A DNA stretch of 64,000 nucleotides from assembly GCF_025526975.1 (NCBI RefSeq), contig NW_026515672.1, positions 248,001 through 312,000 of the forward strand, read 5' to 3'. Each line of letters begins with the position of its first letter. Position 1 is the first letter of the stretch. The DNA comes from Fimicolochytrium jonesii (Eukaryota). Position numbers and translations under genes: made by a program. A model generated the notes under the pieces. The model made no database searches and was not told where the DNA came from. It worked only from the letters and a program-made list of their open reading frames with translations. Below are positions 34,948-46,354 of this stretch, piece after piece.

Positions 34948-35785
34948 TTCGCGGGATGATCTTCTGACTGCACCCACTTCTCCGCTCCCAGATGTGACAG
35001 CCAAATGCGATAAGCGGTAGGTACGATCCGCGACTCCACCGATAAAAGCTCCACTGACGCTCTACAGGGGCCACTCCTCGAAGTTCGTACGGCACAAATA
35101 TCGAATAGAACTCGAGGAGCATGGAAGTGAAGGTGGAGAGAGCAGGTCCAAAGCAGAAGCCCAGCAGCCCTACGCGTAACGCGTCCACAAAAATCCACAA
35201 TTTCACAGTGCACTGCACACCCTCGCGCGGCCACGCCTCCGTCGTACTCCGTCAGTTTAAGCAGACGGATGGCGAAGAAGTTCAACGTGTGACAGATCGG
35301 TGAATCACGAGCATCGGAAGCTGCGCAAGCAGCTTGACGATGACGATGTCTTGCTGACATCGAAACGGACATGGAGCACATACTTTGTGAATTCCAGAAG
35401 TACTCGAGAGGATCAACAGGCCGTTGCTATAAGGCCCGCAGCGAGAGAGACTCGAATGGGGAGGATGCGACATTAGCAACAGCAGCGGCACCCAAAACTG
35501 TTCAAAGCGCCCGTGAGCGAGCCCGGTATGCATATCCCACAACGAAAGACCAGCAGTTCGAAGAGGCCGACACCCTAGTGGAGATTTGACAAAGAAAGCG
35601 CCGGAAATTATGAGAGGATACGAGAGGTGGCGTATAGCCTCAGACAATGTAGATGAGCACCTCACAATTACTTTGTAGGCGCTTTCTAGATATGAGCGCA
35701 GGTTTGGGTGAGGGAAGCGAGCCACAATTGGTCTTCCAGCGACAGCGTGTTACATGTATGTGCGTAGTCTCCCGGCAGCGCCAAA
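34947..35785. promoter_or_regulatory. Putative G1/S elements upstream of the Rb gene
   Basis: ACGCGT (MCB) twice in tandem at 35172-35177 and 35179-35184. GCGCCAAA (=TTTGGCGC, E2F consensus) at 35778-35785. TTTCGCG (=CGCGAAA, SCB) at 34947-34953 abuts the putative ATG. Confidence 0.45.
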
Positions 35786-36262
35786 CTGGCGAAGTCGGCG
35801 CCTTCGCGGGCGGAGATTAGTTTTCGCAGTTCCCGCGAGCGAGGTCGGCGAGTGCCCCAACGCGGGGGGAGAGCATCAAGCGTCAAACATCATGCATCAA
35901 GCAAGAGGCAGGGCAAAATAAGGGCAGGAAAGGCAAATAGTCTACTGTAAACATTGTGACAGTGAGATCTATCAACGTCGAAATCAAGAATGTGATAGGT
36001 CTGGACAGTGGACAGCATCCCCAGCGCATGCAAGTCGCGTACGAAAGACAGAAAAATTCAATTCATAAAATCTGAGGGGAATAGTGTCTAGATCTAGAAG
36101 ACAGGAATGAAGCGTATAAAGGGAAACAGCGACGGGGAGCACAAAAAAACAAAGCGTCGGCGTCGGAAAAAGAAAGGACAGTGAAGAAACAGACCAAAAT
36201 CGTGATCCATAAATAACGAAGTGGGGTCGCAACAAGCGGGCGTGTGAGTTGCAGCACAGTCG

Positions 36263-39200
36263 CTACTCCACGACCACTCGCTTCTTGGCCTCCCTCTCGT
36301 CATGAGCTTTGGCGGCCTGGTTGTACAGCATCCTGTACTCGTCCGGCCCAGTCTGCTTGAGTAAGGCGTGGAAATCGCCATTTTCGTTGTCTAGCAGTTT
36401 CTTGGGTTCGTCGAATTCGAGGATTTTGCCTGCGTCCAGCACAAGGACTCGATCCGACTCGATGATCGTGTTCAATCTGGGTGAGAAAGTATTCCGGAAA
36501 GGGAGCGATTGTAAGGATAGAGTCGCAAGAACCTACGACCGATCCCGCCTGGGAGAAGAACCTTGGTCTATAAACGCTACATACCTGTGAGCAATCGTCA
36601 ACACGGTCAAATCGGCAAATGAGGACTTGATAGTCTCTTGCAACATCGCGTCAGTCCGTGAATCGATGGCAGCGGTCGCCTCGTCCAGCACGAGAATCTT
36701 TGACTTGGATAGGATGGCCCTGGCGATACAGACACATTGTCGGAGACCCAATGAGAAATTCTTTCCATTTTCGATGACTTCGCTGTCAAGCTTTGCCGGC
36801 ATGTCGCGAATCTTGTCGCCGAGTTGAACAGAGTCCAGTGCCTTCCAAATCTCGTCATCGGAACACTTGCCAAACGGATCAAGGTTGGAGCGAATTGTTC
36901 CGACAAACAGGACTGAACGAGGGTGAAAAGGGATGGAGACATTATCAGCGCCTCAACGAGGAAAAATCACGCATCAAGTACAAACAAGCATACCTGGCTC
37001 TTGCGGAATACTGCGTGGCATGGTAAGGATAGAGGGATGAGGCGTGACGATCAGTATGCTGAACTTGATTGCACGAATCCAAAGCTGCCATCTGCATATG
37101 CCGTCGCAACTTACATAGCAATGTTCGATCTCAGCTCTGCCAAGCCTAGCTTACTCAGATCTACGCCGTCAATCACAATCTTTCCTTTGCAAATCTCGAC
37201 GATTCTGAGCAAAGCGGTCAACAGCGTGGATTTGCCACTTCCCGTTCTGTTAGTATGGAGTGCGGAACGTTTAGAAAAATAGGTGCCTTATGACAGAGGA
37301 ACGAAAAATTGCGAGTCACTTGCCTGCCGACGATACCAATCTTCTCGGTACTTTTGATTTCGAGATTGACGTCCTTGAGAACATCCACTCCATCTTCCTT
37401 GTACCTCAACACCACGTCTTTGAAGACGATGTTCCCCTCGGATGGCCAACCTTTCGGGATCGGATTCTCAGGAACATACGCTGGTGCTTCAGGTTTGACC
37501 CCGGCGTAGTAGACCAACTGTCCAACAGAAGACATCTGCGATTGAACTTCGCCGACCATACGTACTGTCCACTGCACGAAAACAAGCATTTGCAGGGCGT
37601 TGGAGAGGGCGAGTCCGGTGATCGATGGGAGGTCGGGATTGTTCCCACGAGCGACGACCAAAAGAAGGGCGGTGAAGTAAACCACGAAGGAGGAAAGGAA
37701 ATCGAGGTATAATGCCTGGAAAGATCGCACATTCATTGCAGCCATCATGGCACCATGGTTGTTGTCAAGTTTCTCCAGGTTCATGTCGTCGAACCGCTTC
37801 TCGGCATGGTAAGCGCGGATGGAGAAAAGTCCTTCCAAGGTGGCTGTAAGATGGTTGAAAATCGGGGGCTTCGTAACGGCTTCAAGCGCTTTGGTCTTGA
37901 TTTCCGCCGGAGTGGAGAGCTTGAGGACCACTGCCCCGATGACGACAAGCCCAATGCAGGGAGCCCAGTTCCAAGGAACGATAATCGCGCAAAGGAGAAG
38001 CGCACCTAGGCCCAACGGCGCATATTGGAGACCTTGCATTGCAGCGTCAGGTAAGGTATCGTCGACGTGCAACTGATGTTTCGAGAATGCGGAGAGGATA
38101 CGGCCCAACGGCGTAGCGTCGAAAAACGACATGGGCGCGCGGATGACGGCTCCAAAAATATTATCGTGCAGGTCGGCTGCTTTACGGGTGGCGAGGAAGG
38201 CAAAGAGCAGACCACGAGTCAGCACTCCTGTCGCAAAGATACCAGTGAATACTCCATACACTCCAAGGTACACTGCGTCCGTGAAGTTTCCGGTTCTCGG
38301 CACCCACAGTCGTAGCCAATAGTCCGAGCCGATACGAACACCGTGGACGACAAAGAAGAAGGCCATGACCAGAAGGGTAGTCTTCGGACCTGCTCCGCTA
38401 TGCTTCGCTGCTCGGCCGTATTTTGCGAAATCCGCGAAACCGGTGGAGGCCGCAGACGTGTCTTCCTGTACCAACTGCCCCTTGCGCTCGTTCATCATGT
38501 CCTCCAGCTCCTCGACTTCCGACGTGCTGTACACTGACATCTCGTTCCGCCTAACTGCATCCGCGAGATTGTGGCCCGTTCCCATGGACCTGATAGTAGT
38601 CCCGGCGTCTTTCTCAAGCTCAGCTCGGATTGTCTGTTCGTTCAGATCTTTGAATTTCACCGAAAGCTGATTCCTTGACATCACGGAGAGCTGGTTCAAC
38701 TCGATCATGGTCTTTGCATCCTTGCCGAGACGCTTCATACCGAGACTGGTGTCGTTGACGTGACTAGGAACTTCATCTTCTTCTTCCTCTTCGTCTTCGA
38801 TGGCATACTTGCGGTCGTTATCCTCTTCGTCTGACTCGGCAGCGATCTCGAAGGCCTCCTTGTTGTCAGGTACAAAAGGTTCGTCGTCCACACCCTCAGT
38901 TGACGAGGGGACAGCAACTTGCTTACTTCATTGTGATGAGAAACAAGAGAGGGAAGTTGCGTTAGAAAAATGACAAAAGTCAAGAGCGGGCGCAGAGCAT
39001 AGCAGAATGATTACCAGAATTCAGTGAACTCAGCATGGTTGGCAAGGAGGTAGTCGAAAGTGCCTTGCATAGCAATCTGCCCTTCCTTCATGACGATGAT
39101 GTAGTCCATGCGAGGCAAGTATTGAAGCTGGTTCATCGACACCACGACGGTCTTTTCCTTCAAATACCCCATGAAACATTCTTCGAAAATGTGCACACCG

Positions 39201-41147
39201 ACGTGTTGATCCACGGCCGAAAGAGGGTCATCCAAAAGGAGAATTTCGGCATCGTAGTAGACCGTTCGAGCCAGACTTACTCTCTGGCGTTGGCCACCAC
39301 TTAAATTAGCACCACGCTCGGCAATCTCGGTCTTGTCTCCAGCGATGAGAAGGGTCAAATCTCGTTGAAGAGCGGCGACTCGCACGACCTCCTGGTACCG
39401 CTTGCGGTCAAAGTTCTTACCGAACAAGATGTTTTCGCGGAGTGTTACATTCAGCAACCACGCCTCCTGAGACATGTAGGCAGTCGTTCCATATATCTTC
39501 ATGCCATCACCGCGCACGAGGCGAATCTGCCCGAGCAAGGCGGCGATCAAGGAAGATTTACCAGATCCGACGTCACCAATCACTGCAACTTTCGCCCCCT
39601 TCTTGATCTCCAGAGATACATTCTGCAGGGTGGGCTTCGGTACTTCAATGCCGTCCCATTTGAAGTCGCTGTTCTTGACCTCAAATGCAAGGTCGCGGCC
39701 TTTCGGCGGTGGTTGGGGCTTCAACTCTTCGACTTCAGCAAGGGTAAGGAATTCGTTCAAACGACCGAGCGAAGTCATGGCACCAGCTGTTGATCGGACG
39801 GCTAGCGGCAACATCAGGAATGGGTAACGCAGAGTGTTGTACACTGAGAGAACAGTGAAAGAGATCGAAGCCGTGAGGGTGTTTCCCAGCGCGACCTTGT
39901 ACATGCCCAATGACGCCAGGGCGACAAAGACGGGAACAGCAAAGACAACAGTGAAGTTGATGGCTTTGACTATCATGCCGCGTCGGATCAGCGTGATTTC
40001 GCGGTGTCGGATGTCCTCAATCTTGTCGGTGAAGGGTGCTTCCCACGCATAGAACTTGATAAGCTTGATCGCCGTGAGTATTTCGGACATGATGTGCACT
40101 CGACCTTGAACACGATTAGGTTAGAATGAGAACGTCAGCTACACCTGATTGCACCACATCTTACCTGTTGTGACAGCCGTCTGATCTCGGTTCAAAGAAC
40201 TGATCTTGCTCCCTAGGTACATCTGCACGGGCAGCAGCATTATAACGAAAGCGAGGCAAGGGATAGCCGAGATGCCAACTTCGAAGAAGGCTATCACGAC
40301 GATGGCCGTAGCCTCGAGGAAAGCCGACCACAGGAAGTGGAAGTTTGTAACTGCATCCACCAGTCGCGAGATATCTGTAGAATAAATGTTGATGACCTCC
40401 CCGGCGCCTCCACGGACCACAGATAAGCGCAACGACTTTCGGAACACAAGAGCCGTGCAGGCAGCGCGGACCTGTATCCCGACTCGGTTACATTCTCCAT
40501 AGAGCTGATGAATGCTGATCGAGCTGAAAATCGACGCCAGTAGAAGTGCCACAGCGTATAGATGTCCATCTTTGGTCGGAACTTTATCCGGAGTCGCTCC
40601 CACAAATTCGATGATCTTTTTCACTGTCAGCGGAGGTGGTGAGAAGACATGTCACCCAAGAAGTTACTAAGCAAATCCACCAACTCCTTACATAGCCAGT
40701 AAGCGGAGAGCCAGGTGAAGATTCCCCAGGTGATTTTGTAAAGTCCGATAGCTGCATAAGTCTTTCCGTATACTCTCCTCAAAGCCCTCAGGATAGATCT
40801 TTGACTAGAAAACCACCGTATGAGAAACACGCTGTCAGTTATTGGCGTGGGAAATCCAGAAGCACTCGAACGTACTTTTCCGGCAAGCTTGATTCTTGGG
40901 CCCAGCTAGCTTGCAAAGCGTCGGCATTCTCCCTAGCGGACTCTTGCGGCCTCAATCGAAAGGCAAGCTTGTTGAAGGGAACCTTCGGGGCTCGAGCAAG
41001 GATAGGGAGAATCCAGAGGTAAAGCCAATTCGACAGGAACACAGAGGACCAAAGGTCAAGGGCCTTGGCGCCACGGCGACCGCCGTGCTGGCGGCGCTGA
41101 GGGTTCAGCTGGGCGGTGGAACCGGCGACGTTGTTGGCGACCGGCAT
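36263..41147 (-). CDS. ABCC/MRP-type ABC transporter (short form, TMD-NBD-TMD-NBD)
   Basis: NBD1 GDVGSGKS and [17 protein letters not shown]2 [18 protein letters not shown]2 [20 protein letters not shown] and TVLTIAHR. Confidence 0.94.
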
Positions 41148-41351
41148 TGTTTGAAGACCCGTGGGAAATTTGACAGCGAACTGGTGGGGAAAAAGAGTGC
41201 CGCGCCCGAATCGAGAGAACGCCCCCAGACAGCAGCCTCCAAGGTTCGACCGAGTACTTTGTCTGACGAAGAGGACGGCGGCGGTGATCCTCTATGAATG
41301 AAATTACAGATCTTCCGATTCCAGTTGGCGGTGAGAAATGGAATTCAAGTT

Positions 41352-41400
41352 GGCTAAGTCGGATAAGGTTGGCTAAGGTCGGATAAGGTTGGATGAAGTC
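41352..41400. repeat. Five imperfect tandem ~10-bp units upstream of the ABCC gene
   Basis: ggctaagtc ggataaggtt ggctaaggtc ggataaggtt ggatgaagtc. Confidence 0.8.
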
Positions 41401-41598
41401 ATATACCGGAGACGCGTTTCCCAGGTTCTGCACCCGTTTCTCAAAATCAGAGGTTTATGAGTGGATTCTACATATATATGCAAATGTGAAGTAGCTAAAA
41501 GGACCATCTAACCGAAGATTTGACTATAGACATAGGAAGCGAAGCAGGACCCTTTCAGGAAGAAAGCGATGCATTCCAGACCGACCTCGGAATCGCGC

Positions 41599-43831
41599 TC
41601 AGTGGTGGAACAACCTCCACTCCGTGAACGCGTAAGCAATACCCTTATCATCAGCCTCCTTCACAACAGCATCATCCATGACACTGCCGCCAGGGGCAGC
41701 AACGTACTTGACTCCACTCCTGGCGGCGCGCTGCACGTTGTCCGAGAATGGGAAGAACGCATCAGAGCTGAGCACGACATCAGTCAGCTTGGACTTCCAT
41801 TCGGCGCGCTGCTCGGCGGTCAAGGGAGTGGGAACGGTCTCGAAAAGGGCTTCCCAGGAGGCCTGGTCGTCGATCTGGTCGGTGACGAAGAGGTCGATGG
41901 CGTTCGCCTTGTCGGCGCGTTTCGTTGAGGGTTTGAACTTGAAGGAGAGGATGGAGGGGTGGTGGCGCATCCACCAGTTGTCGGCCTTGTCGCCCGCTAA
42001 CCGTGTACTGTGGGAGAAGAAGTGATAGATGAGATGGAATACTAAAGGAGTTGCAGCATGGGAGTATACTTGATCTCCTACCAGTGAATGCGAGACTGCT
42101 GTCCAGCTCCGAGTCCAACAACCTGTCCGTTCTTAGCGTAGCACACAGAGTTCGATTGGGTGTACTTCAAGGCAATGGTAGCAACTATCAAGTCCCTGAC
42201 GGCACTCTCCGGCAACGATGTGATCTTCTTGGTGACGACGTTCTTGAACACATCCTTGGTGATGAGGAGATCATTCCTCTTCTGTTGTAAGTGCAACCCG
42301 TAGACCTGACGAGTCTCGGTGGAATCCGGGTCGAACTTGGGGTCCATTTCGAGAACGGTGTACTTGCCACCCTTCTTCTTCTTCAAAGTCTCCAAAGCAC
42401 CTGCGGTGTAGCCAGGGGCAATGATACCGTCGGAAACTTCACGGGAGATGATCTTTGCAGTGGCTTCATCGCAGACGTCGGAAAGCGCGATCCAGTCACC
42501 GAAGGACGACATGCGGTCAGCACCGCGAGCACGGGCGTATGCGGCTGCAATGGGTGTCAGCTCTACGTCCTCAACGGCATAGACCTTCTTTTCCTCTTCG
42601 CTCAGGGGAATGCCGACAGCAGCGCCTGCTGGAGAGACATGTTTGAAGGAGGCGGCTGCAGGGAGACCCAGAGCTTGCTTGAGCTCCTTAACCAGCGGCC
42701 ATGCGTTCAAAGCGTCCAACAGGTTGATGTAACCAGGAGAACCAGCGAGAACTACAGCAGCGTACTGTCAATGATAGACCGAACACGGTACGAAAATGCT
42801 TCAAATTTTCTCGCTCATACCCTTGAACGGCAGGTCCCCGTGCTTGGTGAAGACCTGGGCAGGCTTCTGATGCGGGTTTGCACCATACCTCAGGGTCAGT
42901 TGCTGGGTGCCATTGCCCGCATACTGCTGCCTGAAGTATCCAGAGATAGCCGTGTCGTAGTCCGCGGTCTGTGTGAACGCCTTCAAGGCGAACTTCTGAC
43001 GGTTACCTTCGGAGACGGTGGCAGCGCCAGTTTCTTTAAAGCTCTTCTGCAACTCGGCGATGAGCGCAGGGTAATCCGTGGGGTCCGAGACGATCGTCAC
43101 GCGAGCGTGGTTCTTCGCGGCAGCGCGAAGGAGTGTCACACCGCCTATGGATGGAGGACGAGGGGTCAAACACGGGATTCCTAGCCCTAACGAAAGTCTT
43201 TCGGAGACTGACCAATGTCGACTTCCTCGACAGCCTCCGGGATGGTGACACCCGCTTTGGCAACAGTCTTCTCAAAAGGGTACAGGTTGCAAACAACGAA
43301 GTCGATCTTGTCATATCCACGGGCTTTCATGTCCGCGTTGTCCTGATCGATGTCGCGAGCCAGGATACCTTGAAGTCGACGCAAGGACACAAGTGCGTAA
43401 GCTGACTGGTGCCTCCTAAAACCTTCGCCGCTTCCAAACATGGTAGATAGACGAAGCGTACCTCCGTGAACAGCGGGATGCAGTGTCTTCACACGGCCTC
43501 CAAGCATCTCAGGGGCCTTTGTGATATCAGCCACGTCTCTGCGCAAGCAAAAGTAAGCCACAGCTCGGAAGTGCTGTTTAACGTGCCTCCGTCTGACAAC
43601 TTACTCGACGGGAAGCCCAGCATCGCGAATGGCCTTTGCAGTCCCTCCGGAGGCAACAAGCTTGACGTCCACGCCGTGAAGCGCTTTGGCGAGGTCGAGG
43701 AGCCCCGTTTTATCGGATACCGAGAGCAAGGCTGCAAAGAAGGTATTCCGACGTGTGAGAACCAGATGACTCTGTACAGACAGTCGACAAAAGAAAGCCT
43801 GCTCGCTGGACCTACCGATTTTCGCAGCCAT
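41599..43831 (-). CDS. ADE16: Bifunctional AICAR transformylase/IMP cyclohydrolase (PurH/ATIC)
   Basis: [83 protein letters not shown] and the C-terminal RLFHH. Confidence 0.97.
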
Positions 43832-44114
43832 ATTTGTTGTTTCGGTAGATTGTTTGAGGTGGGGGTTTACCGATGGGGAGAACACAGGAACCGACCTGCG
43901 ACCCTGCGACTTGCAAAAAGCTAAAGTGACACTGGGGCCTCTGGCACGCGCTCCTCGCGTTCACATCTTACATCTTGATCTGCAAGTTCCAGTCATCCGA
44001 GACTGCTCCTCGTGCTCCTCGTGCTCCCGACGGGCCAAAGTCATCGGGTGCAGATTGCCTGTATACGTAAATACGGCTCATAGAGTTTTACCCTCCCTCT
44101 CGCCGCCGCCTACC

Positions 44115-45945
44115 ATGCTCCAGGGAGAATACAACGACGCGGACGGGGTCAAGCTGATTACCCTCGACGAGGTGAGAAAGGCCCCTTTGTGACAGCTGCA
44201 CTTGACCTGAGCATCGCTAACAAATTTCACTTCAAAGATTCCTGTATATGAGGTTGGTTTGCAAACATGGTAGTTCCTAAACAGAGTCCGTTGGACTTTC
44301 AGTGACTTATTACCGTCATCCTGAAAGATGGTAGTGAACGGAGTCAGTGTTTTCCGGCGTGTTTCCGACGGTTTTGTGGTAAGCATACTGATCGGCGGAG
44401 GTTGAAAATACCAAGCGGTATAACGGCTGGCTGACCCTAGCTCCTTGCTGTAGAGTGCTTCACAAATTATCAAGGTATAACGTGGCTACTGGACGACACT
44501 GGTGTCAGAGGGGGACTGGACGGTGAAACGTGCGTATTTACGAAGCCTGTTGAACAGGCCGCGCTCTCAGAGCCTCACCCGAACCCAGAGGAGCTAGCGT
44601 TCATGTCAGAAGTATGGTGCACGATACAGAAGGATGACCGGAACTGGGGTGCATGGTGAGCTGTTACCTTGATGAATCCACTCATCTTGTTCTTGTACGC
44701 CTCATACTTTCTACCTCACAAATTGCGAACAGGGTGCCTCTTGAAACTGCGAGATTGATTGCACGAGATCACGGCATAGAAGACACCCTGTCTCCCTTGA
44801 TTGACTCTAACCCAGTGAACGTGAGCCAACCGCCAAGCGAGCTTGAACAACAGGAACCGCTGTCTTTCACGCAGTCAGTACCTTTCGAGCACGCTAAGGC
44901 GTTACATGAAGCCATTTCAACCTCATGGCTCGATGATTGGGATATAGAAGCGGATATCAAAGCGCTCTTGTTGGGACCCTCGGAACCTGCGGAGATCGAG
45001 GCGCTGGAGGAACCCAGTTTACGGGACGATCAGCGGGTCGTGCTGATGCACATATATACCACGGACGACGGCGAGGAACTTTTGGATATTTTGGCGTCGT
45101 TCCAGCCCGCGTTCGTAGACAGCATCCTGAATCTCGTGCTGGATCTTGAGGGAAATACCTGTCTGCATTGGGCAGCTCAAATGGGCCAAGCGAAAACGGT
45201 CGAGGCGCTGATAGATGCAGGCGCTGATTGGAATGTGCGAAATCTGCATGGAGGAACGCCTTTGATGAGAGCGGTGGCACAGACGAACTGCTACGAGAAC
45301 GATTCATTTGGAGACATTTTCAATACGCTGGGGCCTCTCGCGCGGTGTGTCGATACACAAGGCCGGACGTTTTTACACCATCTTGCACTCTCATCTCGAG
45401 ACAAAGCACGCCGGCCAGCGGCTCGGTGTTACTTGAACTGTGTCTTCGAGGCATGTGCGAAAGGGACTGCCACCCTCGATCGGACTTTCGTCACTTGTCC
45501 AGACGCGGCAGGGAATACGGCCTTGACGATCGCGAAAACATGTGACGACCTTCATCTGTATAGCGCTCTCATCGATTATTTGTACAGGGCTAACACCAGT
45601 CAGGCATGCAATCCCCTTGATGTTCTTATCGCCGGCATAGAAGCTGGGCAAAGTTCACGTTCAAACACGGCCCCCTTTCCGGACTTTCCTCGAGGCCTCG
45701 AACCGGTGCAATCGGCCCACTCTGAATCTGGAGGCCAGGAGCCGGGATCGGAAGATCCGTTTTCATGGCAAGAGACGCTGAACTTTGTGAATGGGGAGCT
45801 TGCAAAGGCAAAGCTCGAGTCTCACGCGTTGCAGACTGGGTTTTCGGCAGCAAAGGAGATGGTGGAGAGTCGTGTGCGGGACCTGGAGAAGATAGCTCTG
45901 CGTCGAATTAGTCCGGCGGGACGCCTTCCGCGATATAGAAGCTGA
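44115..45945 (+). CDS. SBF/MBF-family (Swi4/Mbp1/Swi6/Cdc10-like) protein with a degenerate KilA-N domain and ankyrin repeats
   Basis: Predicted exons 44115-44171, 44238-44252, 44328-44378, 44454-44474, 44558-44655 and 44733-45945 give IPVYEMVVNGVSVFRRVSDGFVSASQIIKAA...GAWVPLETARLIARDHGIEDTLSPLID. Then family-typical ankyrins DLEGNTCLHWAA, GGTPLMRAVAQTNCYE, DTQGRTFLHHL..AARCYL and DAAGNTALTIA. Confidence 0.88.
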
Positions 45946-46354
45946 TAGTTGGGATTACCACCACAGAGTCTCGGGGACATCACCGGGTAGATCTCGCAAA
46001 ACATGTATGACATGTTGCCAAAAATGATTTTGCCTCGTCGCGTCCGTTCGGCCGCTCATCAGCCGCTTCTTGCCACATTTTCAGAATTCCCTCCCAACTC
46101 CGATGAAACATGCATATGTACAGTACATGCCTTGCCAAGACACCGATGACATAAACATTACAACAGTGATATATCTGGATACAAACGATTGTGTGCGGCA
46201 TGCGCAAATAGCCCGCATTCCTCTCTCAAATTTTCCCTTCCCCAAAAAATAAGCGACGACCGAGAATAGCGCCCCCTTCCAAAAAAGAATGTAGGATGGA
46301 CCAGAGAGAGAAGGCTGGTTTTCAAGCCTAGGATTTCTTCTCATTTCTCTGCTG

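Noticed and set aside
35121..35886. Several short ORFs upstream of Rb
   Set aside because: No domain similarity or consistent splice pattern, so treated as promoter/UTR.
41352..41400. Short repeat array as CRISPR or telomeric repeat
   Set aside because: No spacers, eukaryotic context, and the unit is not TTAGGG-like. Kept only as a promoter minisatellite.
45430..45450. LNCVFE in the SBF-like protein as an Rb-binding LxCxE motif
   Set aside because: The spacing is LxCxxE, and it lies within a folded ankyrin-region helix.
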